A DNA stretch of 35,436 nucleotides from Candidatus Woesearchaeota archaeon (GCA_030753365.1 JASMCJ010000058.1:1-35436), one strand, 5' to 3'; shown: positions 19,501 to 29,554, counted from the stretch's first letter. The notes: a model not told the origin generated them from the letters alone. Made by a program: numbers and translations.

Positions 19501-22500
19501 ACAAGTTACGGCAGAAACACTCCTTTAAACATTATACTTGGAGAAACAACAACAGTTGATTTCAGTCAGCAGCCACCACCAACATTCAATGATATCACCA
19601 TAAGCCCTCAATATCCAAATGTAAATACAGACGTAACAGTCTCAGCAAACATAACCTCTGAATTTGTTAACATAACTGAAGCTAGATTATTCTATCGTTA
19701 CAACACTTCAGCATGGAACAACCTTACCATGCAGAACACAGGTGACATCTACTCTGCAGCAATCCCTGGAAATGAAAACACATCAAGAGTCTCTTTCTAT
19801 ATAGCTGTAACCGACAGCTCTGGAAGAAGAAAAAGCAATATAAACAAATTCATCATAGACGGAGAAAGTCCCACATTAGCAGGCATCACTGTTCCACAAT
19901 TTGCAGATGTAAATGAAAGCATAACAATCAATGCAAACTTTCAGGACAATGTAGGATTAGCAGCTGCAACCTTATACTATCAGTTCGATGCAGGCTCATT
20001 CAATCCAGTGGCAATGACAGTCGTTGGCAACTCCAGCTCAGGAACAATTCCTCAAAAGAATACTCCCGGCACCGTGGAACTTTATATTCAATCCACTGAC
20101 TTAAGCGGAAACTCTTTCAACACATCCGCATATTATTACATTGTCAAAAGGTTTGGCAGGCTTGAGCCATACTTAATAACCCCCTCAACCAACATACCAG
20201 TATCCAGAAGCCATTTATTTAACTTCAGCTCTGGTGTAAGATGCGTAGGAGGAGAATGCGGTAATATAACATCAATCTTAGATCCTTACGGTCCAGACGG
20301 ATTCAATTACACAGCCCTAAACTCAACAGAAGAAGGAGGCGACCCTTTCGAATGGGAAGAAATCATAACCAATGGTGAAGGAATACCTTTATGGGACATT
20401 GGCCAATCAGCTGATGACAGTTATCAAACTGCGCCCATTAACTTCACATTCCAATTTTACGGAATAAATTACACCAACGCCTATGTATCATCCAATGGGA
20501 GGATACATCTCACAAATAGTGGAGCTGGCAGCACATCTATAAGTTTGCCTTCAAACAGCTATAAAGTAATTGCTCCTCTTAACAGAGACATGTATGTAAG
20601 GTCTAACACTCAGGTATTCTATAAGAATTATGACAATCCTAAGAGGATGGTTATTGAATACAAAAACCTTGATTATTATAGTGGAATCGGTAACTTCAAT
20701 TATGAAATAATCTTATATGAAGATGGAAAAATAAAGATTCAATACAACCAATCAAGCAGCTCCTATGCTCCGGGAAATCAAGCAGGAATAAACCATGGCT
20801 CAACAAACAACTACTATTTATTAATAGAAAACGATGCTCCTGACCTACACAAAGGCGAAGCTGTCACATTCTACCCTCCTTATTATAGTGGCATGTGGAA
20901 AGGAGTCATCCCTATGAACAATGGAACACCTTTCTACACAATAGACCAAAACCCAGCAAGCTGCTACAACATGCAGGAAAACGACACTTGTGAACACACT
21001 TGGAGAGTGAACGCCACAGGTGAGCATCTAACCAACTGGACATTCTTCACAATCTATAATTCACAATACACTAACCACATTGAAGAAAAACAAACTGATA
21101 AAATAAATATAACAATAATCGGCAACAATCTGCCTATTATTTCATCTGTTGAATGTCAGGAAAACAATTCAATCTGGCAAGACTGTTCAAACATCATCTA
21201 CAATGACCTATTAACAAGAGTAAGAGTCAATTGCACAGACTCTGACGGTACTGTCACCAACGTTAATGCAAAACTGGAAAATATTCCAGACAACAACATA
21301 TTCTTTAACAGCTCTTCTGTCCAGAACGGTGATTGGTGGACTTATGACAATGCTGATATCACTATCCAAGACTCAGGCTACTGGAAACTCTCTGTAAGCT
21401 GTACAGACAACGGAGGCGTTGACGGAATAAAACAAGACAATAAAATAATTCAATGGTTAGTTGACTGGGGACATTTAAGCTCTTACATGGCTCAACCTAT
21501 TGGCAATAACCTTAGTGTTAAGCAAAGCATACCTTTCAGTGTCACAACTGGCGTAAGCTGTATTGGCGGAGAATGCGGCAGTATTGAATCTGCTTTAGAC
21601 CCGCAAGGTCCAATCAGAGTTGCTGTCTATAATCATAATGGGATTACAAGTGTGCTTAATGAAGCTTTAGACATAAACGCCACTCAGGTAAGCACTTATA
21701 ATTCTGCAACGCTTGAAAATTATGATGTGCTGATAAATGTTCGTAATTCAAACCTAAACCAGGCAGATGTGCTAAACTTTATCCAGAACGGCGGAGGCTG
21801 GGTAGGTGAATGGACAAGCAATGAGATTCCTGTCACTAACTGGGGCGCAATATCAGGTACATTATCAGGTTCAGGTACTAGCGGCTCTCAAAGTGTAAAC
21901 ATCCTTCTCCCAAACCACTACCTTGCCACTGAAATTGATTGGGCCAACATCCCTGTTGGGGCAAATCCAGTAGACTATATGCGAGACTTAAGAGGCATAA
22001 ACGATCCTGATGCAGAAACCGTAGTCACTGTAAACCATAATTCTTACCCAAACAATCCTTTAATAGTTGACAAAGGATATGGAACCGGGAGAATTGTTCT
22101 ACTCAATTGGGATTATCAGGATTCTCCTAATTATAATGCTTACATAAAAGATATGATTCAGGAAACTGTAAGATGGGCTGCAACTATGGGCAAAGGAGTA
22201 ATCCCTATGAACAATGGCACACCCTTCTACACAACAAACCAAAACCCAGCATTATGCGTCAACATGATAGCAGGCGATGTATGCGAGCACACATGGAATG
22301 TTATGCCAACTGGTGAAGACAACACAACCTGGGACTTCTTCACTATCTATACACCATTAAACTACTCAGCTTATCTAATAGAAAACCGAACAAGAACAGT
22401 CAAAGTAATAATTCTTACCAATCCTCCACCAGCAATCAACCAGCTTGAATGCAATGACGGCAGCAGCTGGCAGTCATGCTCCAACATACAATACAATGAC

Positions 22501-25500
22501 ACACTAACTCAAGTAAGAGTAAACTGCACAGATGCTGATGGTTATATACTATCTGCAAATCTAAGCCTGAAAAACATCCAGGACAGCAACATATTCTTTA
22601 ACAATGCTGCCACCCAGCAAAACGGCTGGTGGACATATGACAACACAGATTTACTAATAGAAGACTCAGGAGATTGGAAATTAACAGCAATCTGCACTGA
22701 CAATGAAAGCACTCAAAACAGCGGTTCTGCTGACAGGTTAGTTAACTGGGGTCATTTAGAATCCTATTTTATTGAACCTCTAGAAAATATCAGCATTATG
22801 CAAAACAAGTTTTTCAATGTCACAACCAGAGTAAGATGTATTGGCGGTGAGTGTGGAAATGTAAGCACTGCTTTAGACCCAGAATCTGCAGCACCAGAAG
22901 AACCAAACCTAAATAAGGCAAGTGACAAAATAGAAACTGAAATAATTGAAGACCTTGACACAGAAGACACCGTCTCTGTAATAGTCATACTAAAAGATGA
23001 AGAACCATCGCAAAAGAGTATGCCAGAAATCAAAGCAAAAGTAAAAGAAAACCAGGACACTGTTTTATCTAACCTTGAAACCGAAGAATTCGACATAAAA
23101 TACAAATACAACACAATAAACGCAATCTCTGGAGAAGCAACAGAACAGGGAATAGAGAAACTAAAGGATAACCCTAACGTTGAAGCAGTTTACAAAAACC
23201 AAGAGTTAAGGATAGTTCTTTCTGAAAGCGTTCCTTTAATAAATGCAGACGACCTTCATTCATTGGGAATAACTGGTGAAGGGCAGACAGTATGCGTTGT
23301 TGACACAGGAATTGATTACGCGCACCCTGACCTTGGAGGCTGCACCCAAAGTGAATTTTTGAATGGACAATGCGCCAAAGTTCCATCTGGCTATGACTTC
23401 TATAACAGTGATACTAACCCAATGGACGACCAGTCTCATGGAACACATGTTGCTGGAATAGTAGCAGCAAACGGTGTTTTAACTGGAGTAGCCCCTAACG
23501 CAAGATTACTTGCTCTAAAAGTATGTAGTTCTGGAGGCAGTTGCAATGGTGATGCAATGATAGCTGGCGTTGACTGGTGCAATGAGCACAAAGACCAGTA
23601 CAACATTGTTGCAACAACAATGAGCATTGGCGATGGTGGGCAATATAATACAAACACTTGCCCTACATGGATGGACACTGCCATAACCACAGCCCATGAC
23701 TTAGGAATAGCTGTAACAATAGCATCCGGAAACGAATATCATAGCAATGGCATCTCTTATCCTGGCTGTTCACCAAACGCAATATCTGTTGGTTCAACAA
23801 CAAAAGCTGATGTCATCTCAGGCTTTTCTAACACTGGAAGCTTGCTTGACGTTTTAGCTCCAGGCAGCAGTATATATGCTCCAATACTCAATGGAGGTTA
23901 TGGCTATAAATCAGGCACATCAATGGCAACACCTCACGTTGCAGGCGCAGTAGCATTACTCTCGCAATACAGTAACCCTTCTGGAGTCAACCAAATTGCT
24001 GCCAGTCCAGATAGGATAAAAGAAGCACTACAGAACACAGGCGTTCCAATAACTGACCCTGACAATGGATTAAGTTTCCCAAGGATAGACTTATTAGCAG
24101 CTCTTGATGAGTTTGGTAAAGGTATAATCCCAATGAACAATGGCACGCCATTCTATACAATAGACCAAAACCCTACAACATGCCAGGACATGAAAGCAAA
24201 TGACGAATGCGATCGTACATGGAGTATTATGCCAACAGGTGAAGAAAACACAACTTGGGACTTCTTCACAATCTATACCCCTACAACCTACTCCAATTAC
24301 TTAAACGGAACTGAAACCAACAAAGTAAGCATAACAATCCTTGGAGCTATTTTGCCTCAGATTAACCAACTTGAATGCAACGATGGCAGTAGCTGGCAGT
24401 CATGCTCCAACATACAATACAATGACATATTAGATCAGGTAAGAGTAAACTGCACAACCCCTAATGGTTCTATAGTCTCTGCTAACCTAAACCTGAAAAA
24501 CATCCAGGACAACAACATCTTCTTTGATAGTACCGCCACCCAACAGAACGGCTGGTGGACATATGATAACACAGATTTCATAATAGAAGATTCAGGCGAC
24601 TGGAAACTAACAGCAGCATGTGTTGACCATGAGGGCATCCAAGGCGATGGTCACTTTGACTGGTTAGTTGATTGGGGTCATTTACAACCTTACTTAATTA
24701 ATCCTACACAATCCACAAATGTTAATCAAAACAAGTTTTTCAACGTCTCAACAGGAGTAAGATGTATAACAGGTGAATGTGGTGATATCGATGTAACATT
24801 AGACCCAGAAGAAATGTCTATTGAGCCAATAGATGTTCTCATAGTTAGCGCAGACTCATCTGTTGACACTGAAGTAAGAAATAAAATATTAACTGCAGGT
24901 GGCTCAAATATAAATTCGGTTGCTATTTTTAATGCGCAATATGGCACACCTACTTTAATCCAATTACAGAATTATAGTGTGGTATTAACCTATTCAAACT
25001 ATCCATATTCTAGTAGTACTGCATTAGGTAACGTATTAGCAGAATATGTAAATAATAGCGGAGGTGTGGTAGTAACTGTATTTTCTCATCACCTATCAAC
25101 CTGGGGCATTACTGGACAATGGCTCTCAGGCCAGTATAATCCAATATTACAACAGAATTCCTATACCAGCGGCACTGTATACCAAGGAACAGTTTACGAA
25201 CCTGGACATCCAATTATGAATGGAGGAGATAATATCAATGGTGGATGGTATTTCCAGACCTCTAGCATAACTCCAAATGCAATCAGAGTTATGGATTGGA
25301 CTAATGAATATATTGGAGCAGCAGTAAAAGAGATTAATAGTGGAAAAGTTGTTGGCCTAAATCTTCGTTATGGTGAGACAACAACATCAGATGGAGCTGA
25401 TTTATTATTAGTTAATTCACTTCTTTGGGCTGCTGGAAGAAGCGGTAGTGCAAAAGGTGTAATCCCAATGAACAATGGAACACCATTCTACACCATAGAT

Positions 25501-26715
25501 CAGAATCCAGCTCAATGTCCAGACATGAGAGCTGGCAACACCTGTGAACACACATGGAGAGTCAACGCAACAGGAGACCTTAATTCATCCTGGCTCTTCT
25601 ATACAATCTATAACTCTATTATTGCAACAAACACAACTGAGAAATTTAATGTAACAATCGTTGATACTATTTGCACTCCAGACTGGGTACTAAACGACAC
25701 CTGGTCAACCTGTGACATCACGGACAATCAATTCAAGAACTATTATGACGCTAACAACTGTGACCTGCCAGAAGCAAGACCTGGCCATATAAACCAAACA
25801 TGCGACTACTGTACACCTGCTCCAACCTACACATCATGGTCAGCTTGGGAAAATCAAGGCAGCTGCTTAATCAATGACACTCAGCTTCAGCAAAGAAACA
25901 GGACAGAATACGATGCAGACTATGACAGCTGCTATGCAGTAACCAACCTAAATTCAGACCTTTGGAACAATGGCAACAACAACACTCACTTAGGCTACCA
26001 GGGTATTGCTTGCGACTACTGCACACCTATTTGGGAAGAAGTCATCAATGAATGTCAGCCAGACGACACTTATACCGGTTGGTACAACGACACCAACGAC
26101 TGTTATGCAATAACAGGCTTAGACTCAGACAATAACCCACCTGCTAACAACATCTATAACTGTGAATATATATGGCAATTCCAAGCTCCACTAAACCAGG
26201 ACTGGAACCTAATCAGTATACCTTTAACACTAAGCAACAACTCCTTTAGCTCTGCCCTTTCATCAATAGAAGGCAAATATAACACACTATTTGCATACGA
26301 CTCTATAGGGAACAGCTGGGACAGTTATTACACAGACGAGCCAGAATTTTTGAACAGCATCTACTCAATAAGTCCTGAAAAAGGTTACTGGGTAAATCTC
26401 TTAGAAGATGCAACATTAACTTTCAGTGGCAGGCTTATAACACAGTTAATCTACAACCTTAAAAATGATTGGAACCTAATCAGTTACCCATCACTAACAG
26501 AACAGCCAGTTACAACAGCATTAGCAGACGTTAATGAGACCTACACAACCATGTTTGCCTTCATCAACGGCACATGGATAAGTTACTCCCCTGAGAAACC
26601 TAGTTTCATGAATAGTTTGGAGATTATGAAACCAGGCTATGGTTACTGGATTAAAGCCAACCAAGATGTAACATGGGTATTCAATGGAACAGTCTATAAA
26701 CTAAGGGACCAATAA
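16561..26715 (+). CDS. Giant secreted modular protein (~3,384 aa): degenerate NodB deacetylase, M64-type metallopeptidase, Ig-like domains, four scaffold repeats with inserts (nidogen-like, two alpha/beta domains, I9+S8 subtilisin), Cys-rich repeats, C-terminal WNLIS double domain
   Basis: HEMGHAFGLGDEY; subtilisin triad VVDTG/HGTHVAG/GTSMATPHVAG; four KG(V/I)IPMNNGTPFYT repeats. The frame extends upstream of ATG 16705 into a signal peptide (ATA start at 16561 inferred). Confidence 0.88.
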   Translation: MENKKKCDKLIGLIFLLLIIIGVTSLTGAENAVNSEADLNCEQVASEDMPSFSYFGIEPPNTPSISSIPYSDPLPDDLFKPVMVNLMLDIEKEGDEVHVYKVLDIVEEKGWTLTIFVTGEFASNHPDIIKDFNARGHEIGISGWDNQDINSLSYENQLDLISRSITAVKQALEVEEFDIHFKPSNIILDYDNNADTFKVMQTLNVKSIVGIISVGENYQCWYSRSKGGIYDPVPTPYNVNAIPISRIEVNSEETPVVDDLNLISNKYTELTSPEFQKVYQEASTIEGEVFEGNTKPYVRTVLHSSELNTKEKLEDLSNFLNRVEKAEGQVEPIGIYASIQGYITTLDLKGPDSSYPDKSQTLNITYYANLYCPWYYFRIYGKYDSQNWKLLGQASYYVTTGTKKFQKGITVPKPPTDADDEYNVRIVGRACAGAACWPSYNNYENMDEIKIKINKTCQLVFGSGNAARYDIVFVPAEFDEAEFDTTFAAAVTSNWNAIGNAAPFSASKNKFNVWKVNKLDDAGLNCHQNCSGLPAWASSYWCCNKAKAKALASECKNRDTVITLIDSTDWTGYRSGPRCTTGGDLIVKARNNPAINLHEMGHAFGLGDEYVPYNQNFTPAYAPCDNCDKNSACPKWNASPSCIMGCTYRNDYRSTATSVMRDNQLPFNAVSVTHLNAELTAFSSAEVRDVGDLDEPEIKTYILSFIYHVGNDSLALEDKEVRETYPDENDTDGTYRYEIISLSETSLYSANFVDPYLVTDSVTLLESSLTPPEDFVINDTPIPDYPPPEAPSQEFVLITPFFFDAETINIYDENNSLKLSIDVSEFMSGDLTGVIKDPTGNPVVNAIVYAIQDNYNYSSSSYTNTNGTYAMRGLGSGTASIRVTALHDLNLREASTSFTIVPGQRNLLNITLAQSSSISGTVTYLNGTGMPNPILYLEYYEAPRYTGDENGSYLMPWLTQGAHTLNIDTGNWYIWVNNDYTSYGRNTPLNIILGETTTVDFSQQPPPTFNDITISPQYPNVNTDVTVSANITSEFVNITEARLFYRYNTSAWNNLTMQNTGDIYSAAIPGNENTSRVSFYIAVTDSSGRRKSNINKFIIDGESPTLAGITVPQFADVNESITINANFQDNVGLAAATLYYQFDAGSFNPVAMTVVGNSSSGTIPQKNTPGTVELYIQSTDLSGNSFNTSAYYYIVKRFGRLEPYLITPSTNIPVSRSHLFNFSSGVRCVGGECGNITSILDPYGPDGFNYTALNSTEEGGDPFEWEEIITNGEGIPLWDIGQSADDSYQTAPINFTFQFYGINYTNAYVSSNGRIHLTNSGAGSTSISLPSNSYKVIAPLNRDMYVRSNTQVFYKNYDNPKRMVIEYKNLDYYSGIGNFNYEIILYEDGKIKIQYNQSSSSYAPGNQAGINHGSTNNYYLLIENDAPDLHKGEAVTFYPPYYSGMWKGVIPMNNGTPFYTIDQNPASCYNMQENDTCEHTWRVNATGEHLTNWTFFTIYNSQYTNHIEEKQTDKINITIIGNNLPIISSVECQENNSIWQDCSNIIYNDLLTRVRVNCTDSDGTVTNVNAKLENIPDNNIFFNSSSVQNGDWWTYDNADITIQDSGYWKLSVSCTDNGGVDGIKQDNKIIQWLVDWGHLSSYMAQPIGNNLSVKQSIPFSVTTGVSCIGGECGSIESALDPQGPIRVAVYNHNGITSVLNEALDINATQVSTYNSATLENYDVLINVRNSNLNQADVLNFIQNGGGWVGEWTSNEIPVTNWGAISGTLSGSGTSGSQSVNILLPNHYLATEIDWANIPVGANPVDYMRDLRGINDPDAETVVTVNHNSYPNNPLIVDKGYGTGRIVLLNWDYQDSPNYNAYIKDMIQETVRWAATMGKGVIPMNNGTPFYTTNQNPALCVNMIAGDVCEHTWNVMPTGEDNTTWDFFTIYTPLNYSAYLIENRTRTVKVIILTNPPPAINQLECNDGSSWQSCSNIQYNDTLTQVRVNCTDADGYILSANLSLKNIQDSNIFFNNAATQQNGWWTYDNTDLLIEDSGDWKLTAICTDNESTQNSGSADRLVNWGHLESYFIEPLENISIMQNKFFNVTTRVRCIGGECGNVSTALDPESAAPEEPNLNKASDKIETEIIEDLDTEDTVSVIVILKDEEPSQKSMPEIKAKVKENQDTVLSNLETEEFDIKYKYNTINAISGEATEQGIEKLKDNPNVEAVYKNQELRIVLSESVPLINADDLHSLGITGEGQTVCVVDTGIDYAHPDLGGCTQSEFLNGQCAKVPSGYDFYNSDTNPMDDQSHGTHVAGIVAANGVLTGVAPNARLLALKVCSSGGSCNGDAMIAGVDWCNEHKDQYNIVATTMSIGDGGQYNTNTCPTWMDTAITTAHDLGIAVTIASGNEYHSNGISYPGCSPNAISVGSTTKADVISGFSNTGSLLDVLAPGSSIYAPILNGGYGYKSGTSMATPHVAGAVALLSQYSNPSGVNQIAASPDRIKEALQNTGVPITDPDNGLSFPRIDLLAALDEFGKGIIPMNNGTPFYTIDQNPTTCQDMKANDECDRTWSIMPTGEENTTWDFFTIYTPTTYSNYLNGTETNKVSITILGAILPQINQLECNDGSSWQSCSNIQYNDILDQVRVNCTTPNGSIVSANLNLKNIQDNNIFFDSTATQQNGWWTYDNTDFIIEDSGDWKLTAACVDHEGIQGDGHFDWLVDWGHLQPYLINPTQSTNVNQNKFFNVSTGVRCITGECGDIDVTLDPEEMSIEPIDVLIVSADSSVDTEVRNKILTAGGSNINSVAIFNAQYGTPTLIQLQNYSVVLTYSNYPYSSSTALGNVLAEYVNNSGGVVVTVFSHHLSTWGITGQWLSGQYNPILQQNSYTSGTVYQGTVYEPGHPIMNGGDNINGGWYFQTSSITPNAIRVMDWTNEYIGAAVKEINSGKVVGLNLRYGETTTSDGADLLLVNSLLWAAGRSGSAKGVIPMNNGTPFYTIDQNPAQCPDMRAGNTCEHTWRVNATGDLNSSWLFYTIYNSIIATNTTEKFNVTIVDTICTPDWVLNDTWSTCDITDNQFKNYYDANNCDLPEARPGHINQTCDYCTPAPTYTSWSAWENQGSCLINDTQLQQRNRTEYDADYDSCYAVTNLNSDLWNNGNNNTHLGYQGIACDYCTPIWEEVINECQPDDTYTGWYNDTNDCYAITGLDSDNNPPANNIYNCEYIWQFQAPLNQDWNLISIPLTLSNNSFSSALSSIEGKYNTLFAYDSIGNSWDSYYTDEPEFLNSIYSISPEKGYWVNLLEDATLTFSGRLITQLIYNLKNDWNLISYPSLTEQPVTTALADVNETYTTMFAFINGTWISYSPEKPSFMNSLEIMKPGYGYWIKANQDVTWVFNGTVYKLRDQ
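26188..26715 (+). repeat. WNLIS...P(E/G)xGYW double domain, copy 1 (copy 2 at 34142..34663)
   Basis: Ungapped hand alignment gives about 112/170 aa identical; near-identical DNA stretches such as TGGAACCTAATCAGTTA and ATGAAACCAGGCTATGG. Confidence 0.9.
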
Positions 26716-26754
26716 TCATAAGATTATTAATTATTATATTATTTCCTAGTAAGA

Positions 26755-27960
26755 ATGAAGACAACTAAATACTTTTTAGGTTTGCTATTGTTATTAATCA
26801 TACCATTAGCTTTAGCAACGCCTTCATTTCCATATGATGTCTTTCCATATGTAATAGGTGGAGAAGTAACCATCAACGGGGAGCTTGCCCCAGACAATGT
26901 TGACATTGACGCTTACATCAATGGAGAAAAGTATGCAAGTGACCTAACTGAAGATGGACATTATCGACTCTCCATCCCGGGAGACGATCCTGACACACAT
27001 GGAAAAGAAGGTGGAACAGCTGGTGAAATTGTAACAATAAAAATAAACGGGGAAACAGCCTCACAAACCTCAACATGGCGGGAAGGTTTGATGATAGTAG
27101 TTGACATAACCTTAGAAACTGACAATCCACCTCAACCGCCTCCACCACCGCCTCCGCAACCTGAAAATCATGCTCCTAGCTTGGACTACATACAGGACAT
27201 ACCAGCAACAGAAGGAGACCTTATAACAATCGACCCCTCAGCTTCAGACCAGGATGATGACATACTAAGCTTCAGCTTCACACCACCTTTGGACGACAAT
27301 GGCGAATGGCAAACCGAAGACGATGACGCAGGCACTTACACAGTAACAGTCACAGTATCCGATGGGGAATTAACAGACACACAGGACGTAGAAATAACAG
27401 TTGAACAATTACAGGATAATCCACCAGACGCTCCACCAACCACTCCACCAACCACTCCACCAACTACTCCACCAACTACTCCACCTGACCATTCTCCTAA
27501 CCCTACTCTTGTCACTATCTACAACGACCTTTCAAACCCTGGCTACTCTGAAGAAATTTACAATAGTGAAAGTCAAACTAGCACAACAAATTATGCAAAT
27601 CCAGAACCAACAGAAAAGAGAGAAAAAAACAAAGAGAAAAGCAAGCCATTAGAACTTGGAACAATAAGGCAGTCTGGCTCAATAACAGATTCAGCTGCTG
27701 GAGAAGACTTTGGTTTTGGCATCAGCCTCAAGAACACTAACACTAAAAAAATAAAAAACATCAAAGTTTCAGTAACAGTTCCTGAGCTTGGGCTCTCCTC
27801 AGAAATAGGACCTTTCAATCTAAAAAGAGGTGAAAGTTTATATAAAACAATTCAATTACCAATACCAGAAGACACAGACTATGGGGAGTACTTTGCAAAA
27901 GTCACAATCAAAAACAACAATCATAAAACAGTCAAATTCAGAAGATTTTATATCGAGTAA
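26755..27960 (+). CDS. Secreted Ig/cadherin-like surface protein with Pro/Thr linkers
   Basis: Signal peptide; N-terminal GDDPDT..KEG domain; NHAP...SDQDDD...VTVSDG cadherin-like domain; CARDB-like C-terminus. Confidence 0.85.
   Translation: MKTTKYFLGLLLLLIIPLALATPSFPYDVFPYVIGGEVTINGELAPDNVDIDAYINGEKYASDLTEDGHYRLSIPGDDPDTHGKEGGTAGEIVTIKINGETASQTSTWREGLMIVVDITLETDNPPQPPPPPPPQPENHAPSLDYIQDIPATEGDLITIDPSASDQDDDILSFSFTPPLDDNGEWQTEDDDAGTYTVTVTVSDGELTDTQDVEITVEQLQDNPPDAPPTTPPTTPPTTPPTTPPDHSPNPTLVTIYNDLSNPGYSEEIYNSESQTSTTNYANPEPTEKREKNKEKSKPLELGTIRQSGSITDSAAGEDFGFGISLKNTNTKKIKNIKVSVTVPELGLSSEIGPFNLKRGESLYKTIQLPIPEDTDYGEYFAKVTIKNNNHKTVKFRRFYIE
27433..27485 (+). repeat. 12-bp coding tandem repeat (CCACCAACYACT, about 4.4 copies) encoding PPTT
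   Basis: Directly visible in the sequence. Confidence 0.9.
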
Positions 27961-27985
27961 TCAAACAATACAAAGGTGATAAAAA

Positions 27986-29302
27986 ATGAAAAGTCTAAAA
28001 GATATAGGTCAAATTATTAAGCACACAGGTCAAATTATAAAACATTCTGCAAAATATTTAATCTTAACAGCTGCTTTTTCCGCAGTCGTATTAGCATGCC
28101 AAGATATCTATCCTCCCGTCACAAAATTTGATGCAGACCCTACATCTGGTGTTGTGCCTTTAATCGTCAATTTTGATGGAGGAAATTCTTATGATGTAGC
28201 TAGTCCTACAGGTATGGGAGGTGTTATAACAGACTCCAGATGGGATTATACTTATAATCCAGGCGAAGGTCCACAAACCGATGGTACAGGACTTACTGGT
28301 CGACATACATATCCTGATATTGGTACTTTCACAGCAAGACTGACTAACCGAGATGCTGCAGGCAACCCAAGTTTTGCTGATGTAATTATCCATGTATTAG
28401 CAGAACCTGACGAAATTCCACCTTATGTATTAGAATCTACTATTGGGTTAGAACCGAATGACCCTGATCAGCACCGGAATGATCTTGAAGCATTAGTAAC
28501 ACCTAATGAAAATGTAAAAGAAGGCAAGCTTTACGTTGATGGTGTGCTAAGAGATACTTTTACATCAAACGAAGGCTCAACAGAAGTAACCCTTGATTAT
28601 AGTAATCTAGGTCTTGGCAGCCATGACATCGCTGTCATATTAACAGACATGTCTAATAATGAATCAGAACTTTACTCCCTTGGCAGTATTACCATCGGAG
28701 AAGCGCCTGACCTGGAAGCTCCTGTTGCAAGAATAACTATAGACCGGAACGAGCTTTATCTGCCTGGCACAGTCAATCCCAGTGCAGTTACTTCAACAGA
28801 TAATCGAGGAATAGTCACATATGAATGGGACCTTAACAACGATGGCACAACAGATGCCACTGGAGTCACAGCATCAAAAGCGTATACTGACTCAGACGCA
28901 GGCTACCATACCATTAAACTAACCGTAACAGATGCAGCAGGGCGTACAGATTCAGCCACTCTGGAAATAATAGCAGCAAAGGATATACCTCCTCCATTGC
29001 CTTATACGCCATATGGTGCAGTACAAGGTGCAAATGTGAACGAAGGCGACCTTGTTGAATACTTTGTAGGCGGGAGAAGATATGCTTCATCTAATGTCCA
29101 AACTGAAACTCTTGATGACGTTAGCCAGCTAGTATACTTTAAACACATTAGCGCAGATGACCCAAATACAGCCATCATGGAAGGCGTGGCACATGCAGGC
29201 GGACAACCAGTTACCATAAGAATTAATGGCACAGACTATTCTCCTGTTATAGGCAGTTCTCCTCTATGGTCAACTGGTGTAACTGAAAGAAAGGACATGT
29301 AG
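27986..29302 (+). CDS. Putative lipoprotein with two PKD domains
   Basis: GGTGAT RBS; lipobox-like VVLAC; PKD motifs PLIVNFDG..SYD...HTY...G.FTARLT and YEWDLNNDG...IKLTVTD; C-terminal ADDPNT..MEG domain. Confidence 0.85.
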   Translation: MKSLKDIGQIIKHTGQIIKHSAKYLILTAAFSAVVLACQDIYPPVTKFDADPTSGVVPLIVNFDGGNSYDVASPTGMGGVITDSRWDYTYNPGEGPQTDGTGLTGRHTYPDIGTFTARLTNRDAAGNPSFADVIIHVLAEPDEIPPYVLESTIGLEPNDPDQHRNDLEALVTPNENVKEGKLYVDGVLRDTFTSNEGSTEVTLDYSNLGLGSHDIAVILTDMSNNESELYSLGSITIGEAPDLEAPVARITIDRNELYLPGTVNPSAVTSTDNRGIVTYEWDLNNDGTTDATGVTASKAYTDSDAGYHTIKLTVTDAAGRTDSATLEIIAAKDIPPPLPYTPYGAVQGANVNEGDLVEYFVGGRRYASSNVQTETLDDVSQLVYFKHISADDPNTAIMEGVAHAGGQPVTIRINGTDYSPVIGSSPLWSTGVTERKDM

Positions 29303-29554
29303 CCTGCGCTTTAAAACAGGATTAGTTAGCAAACATTTTTCTTTTTCTCTCTCTTTATAAATAAAAGTCTAAATCTTTATATAATGCAAAGCATTCTCAT
29401 TCTCTATGGGGGTTTGATATGATAAAAGTATTAGAATATACTTTATTACTAACAACACACAACATTTATTCTTCCACTTTAAAAACAGGGCCCTCTAACG
29501 ATTCTCAAGCAATTATTGATTCTAATAATTTTTTTAATAGAGAATTAAAAAAAC

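Noticed and set aside
20287..25452. Inserts in the giant protein as inteins
   Set aside because: They lack the Cys/Ser start and His-Asn end motifs and resemble extracellular domains.
27433..27485. Tandem repeat as a CRISPR array
   Set aside because: It is a 12-bp in-frame coding repeat with no spacers, and there are no cas genes in the window.
28006..28047. 21-bp duplication (GQIIKH x2), and the similar SSTPE x2 in nac
   Set aside because: Trivial slippage duplications in low-constraint regions.
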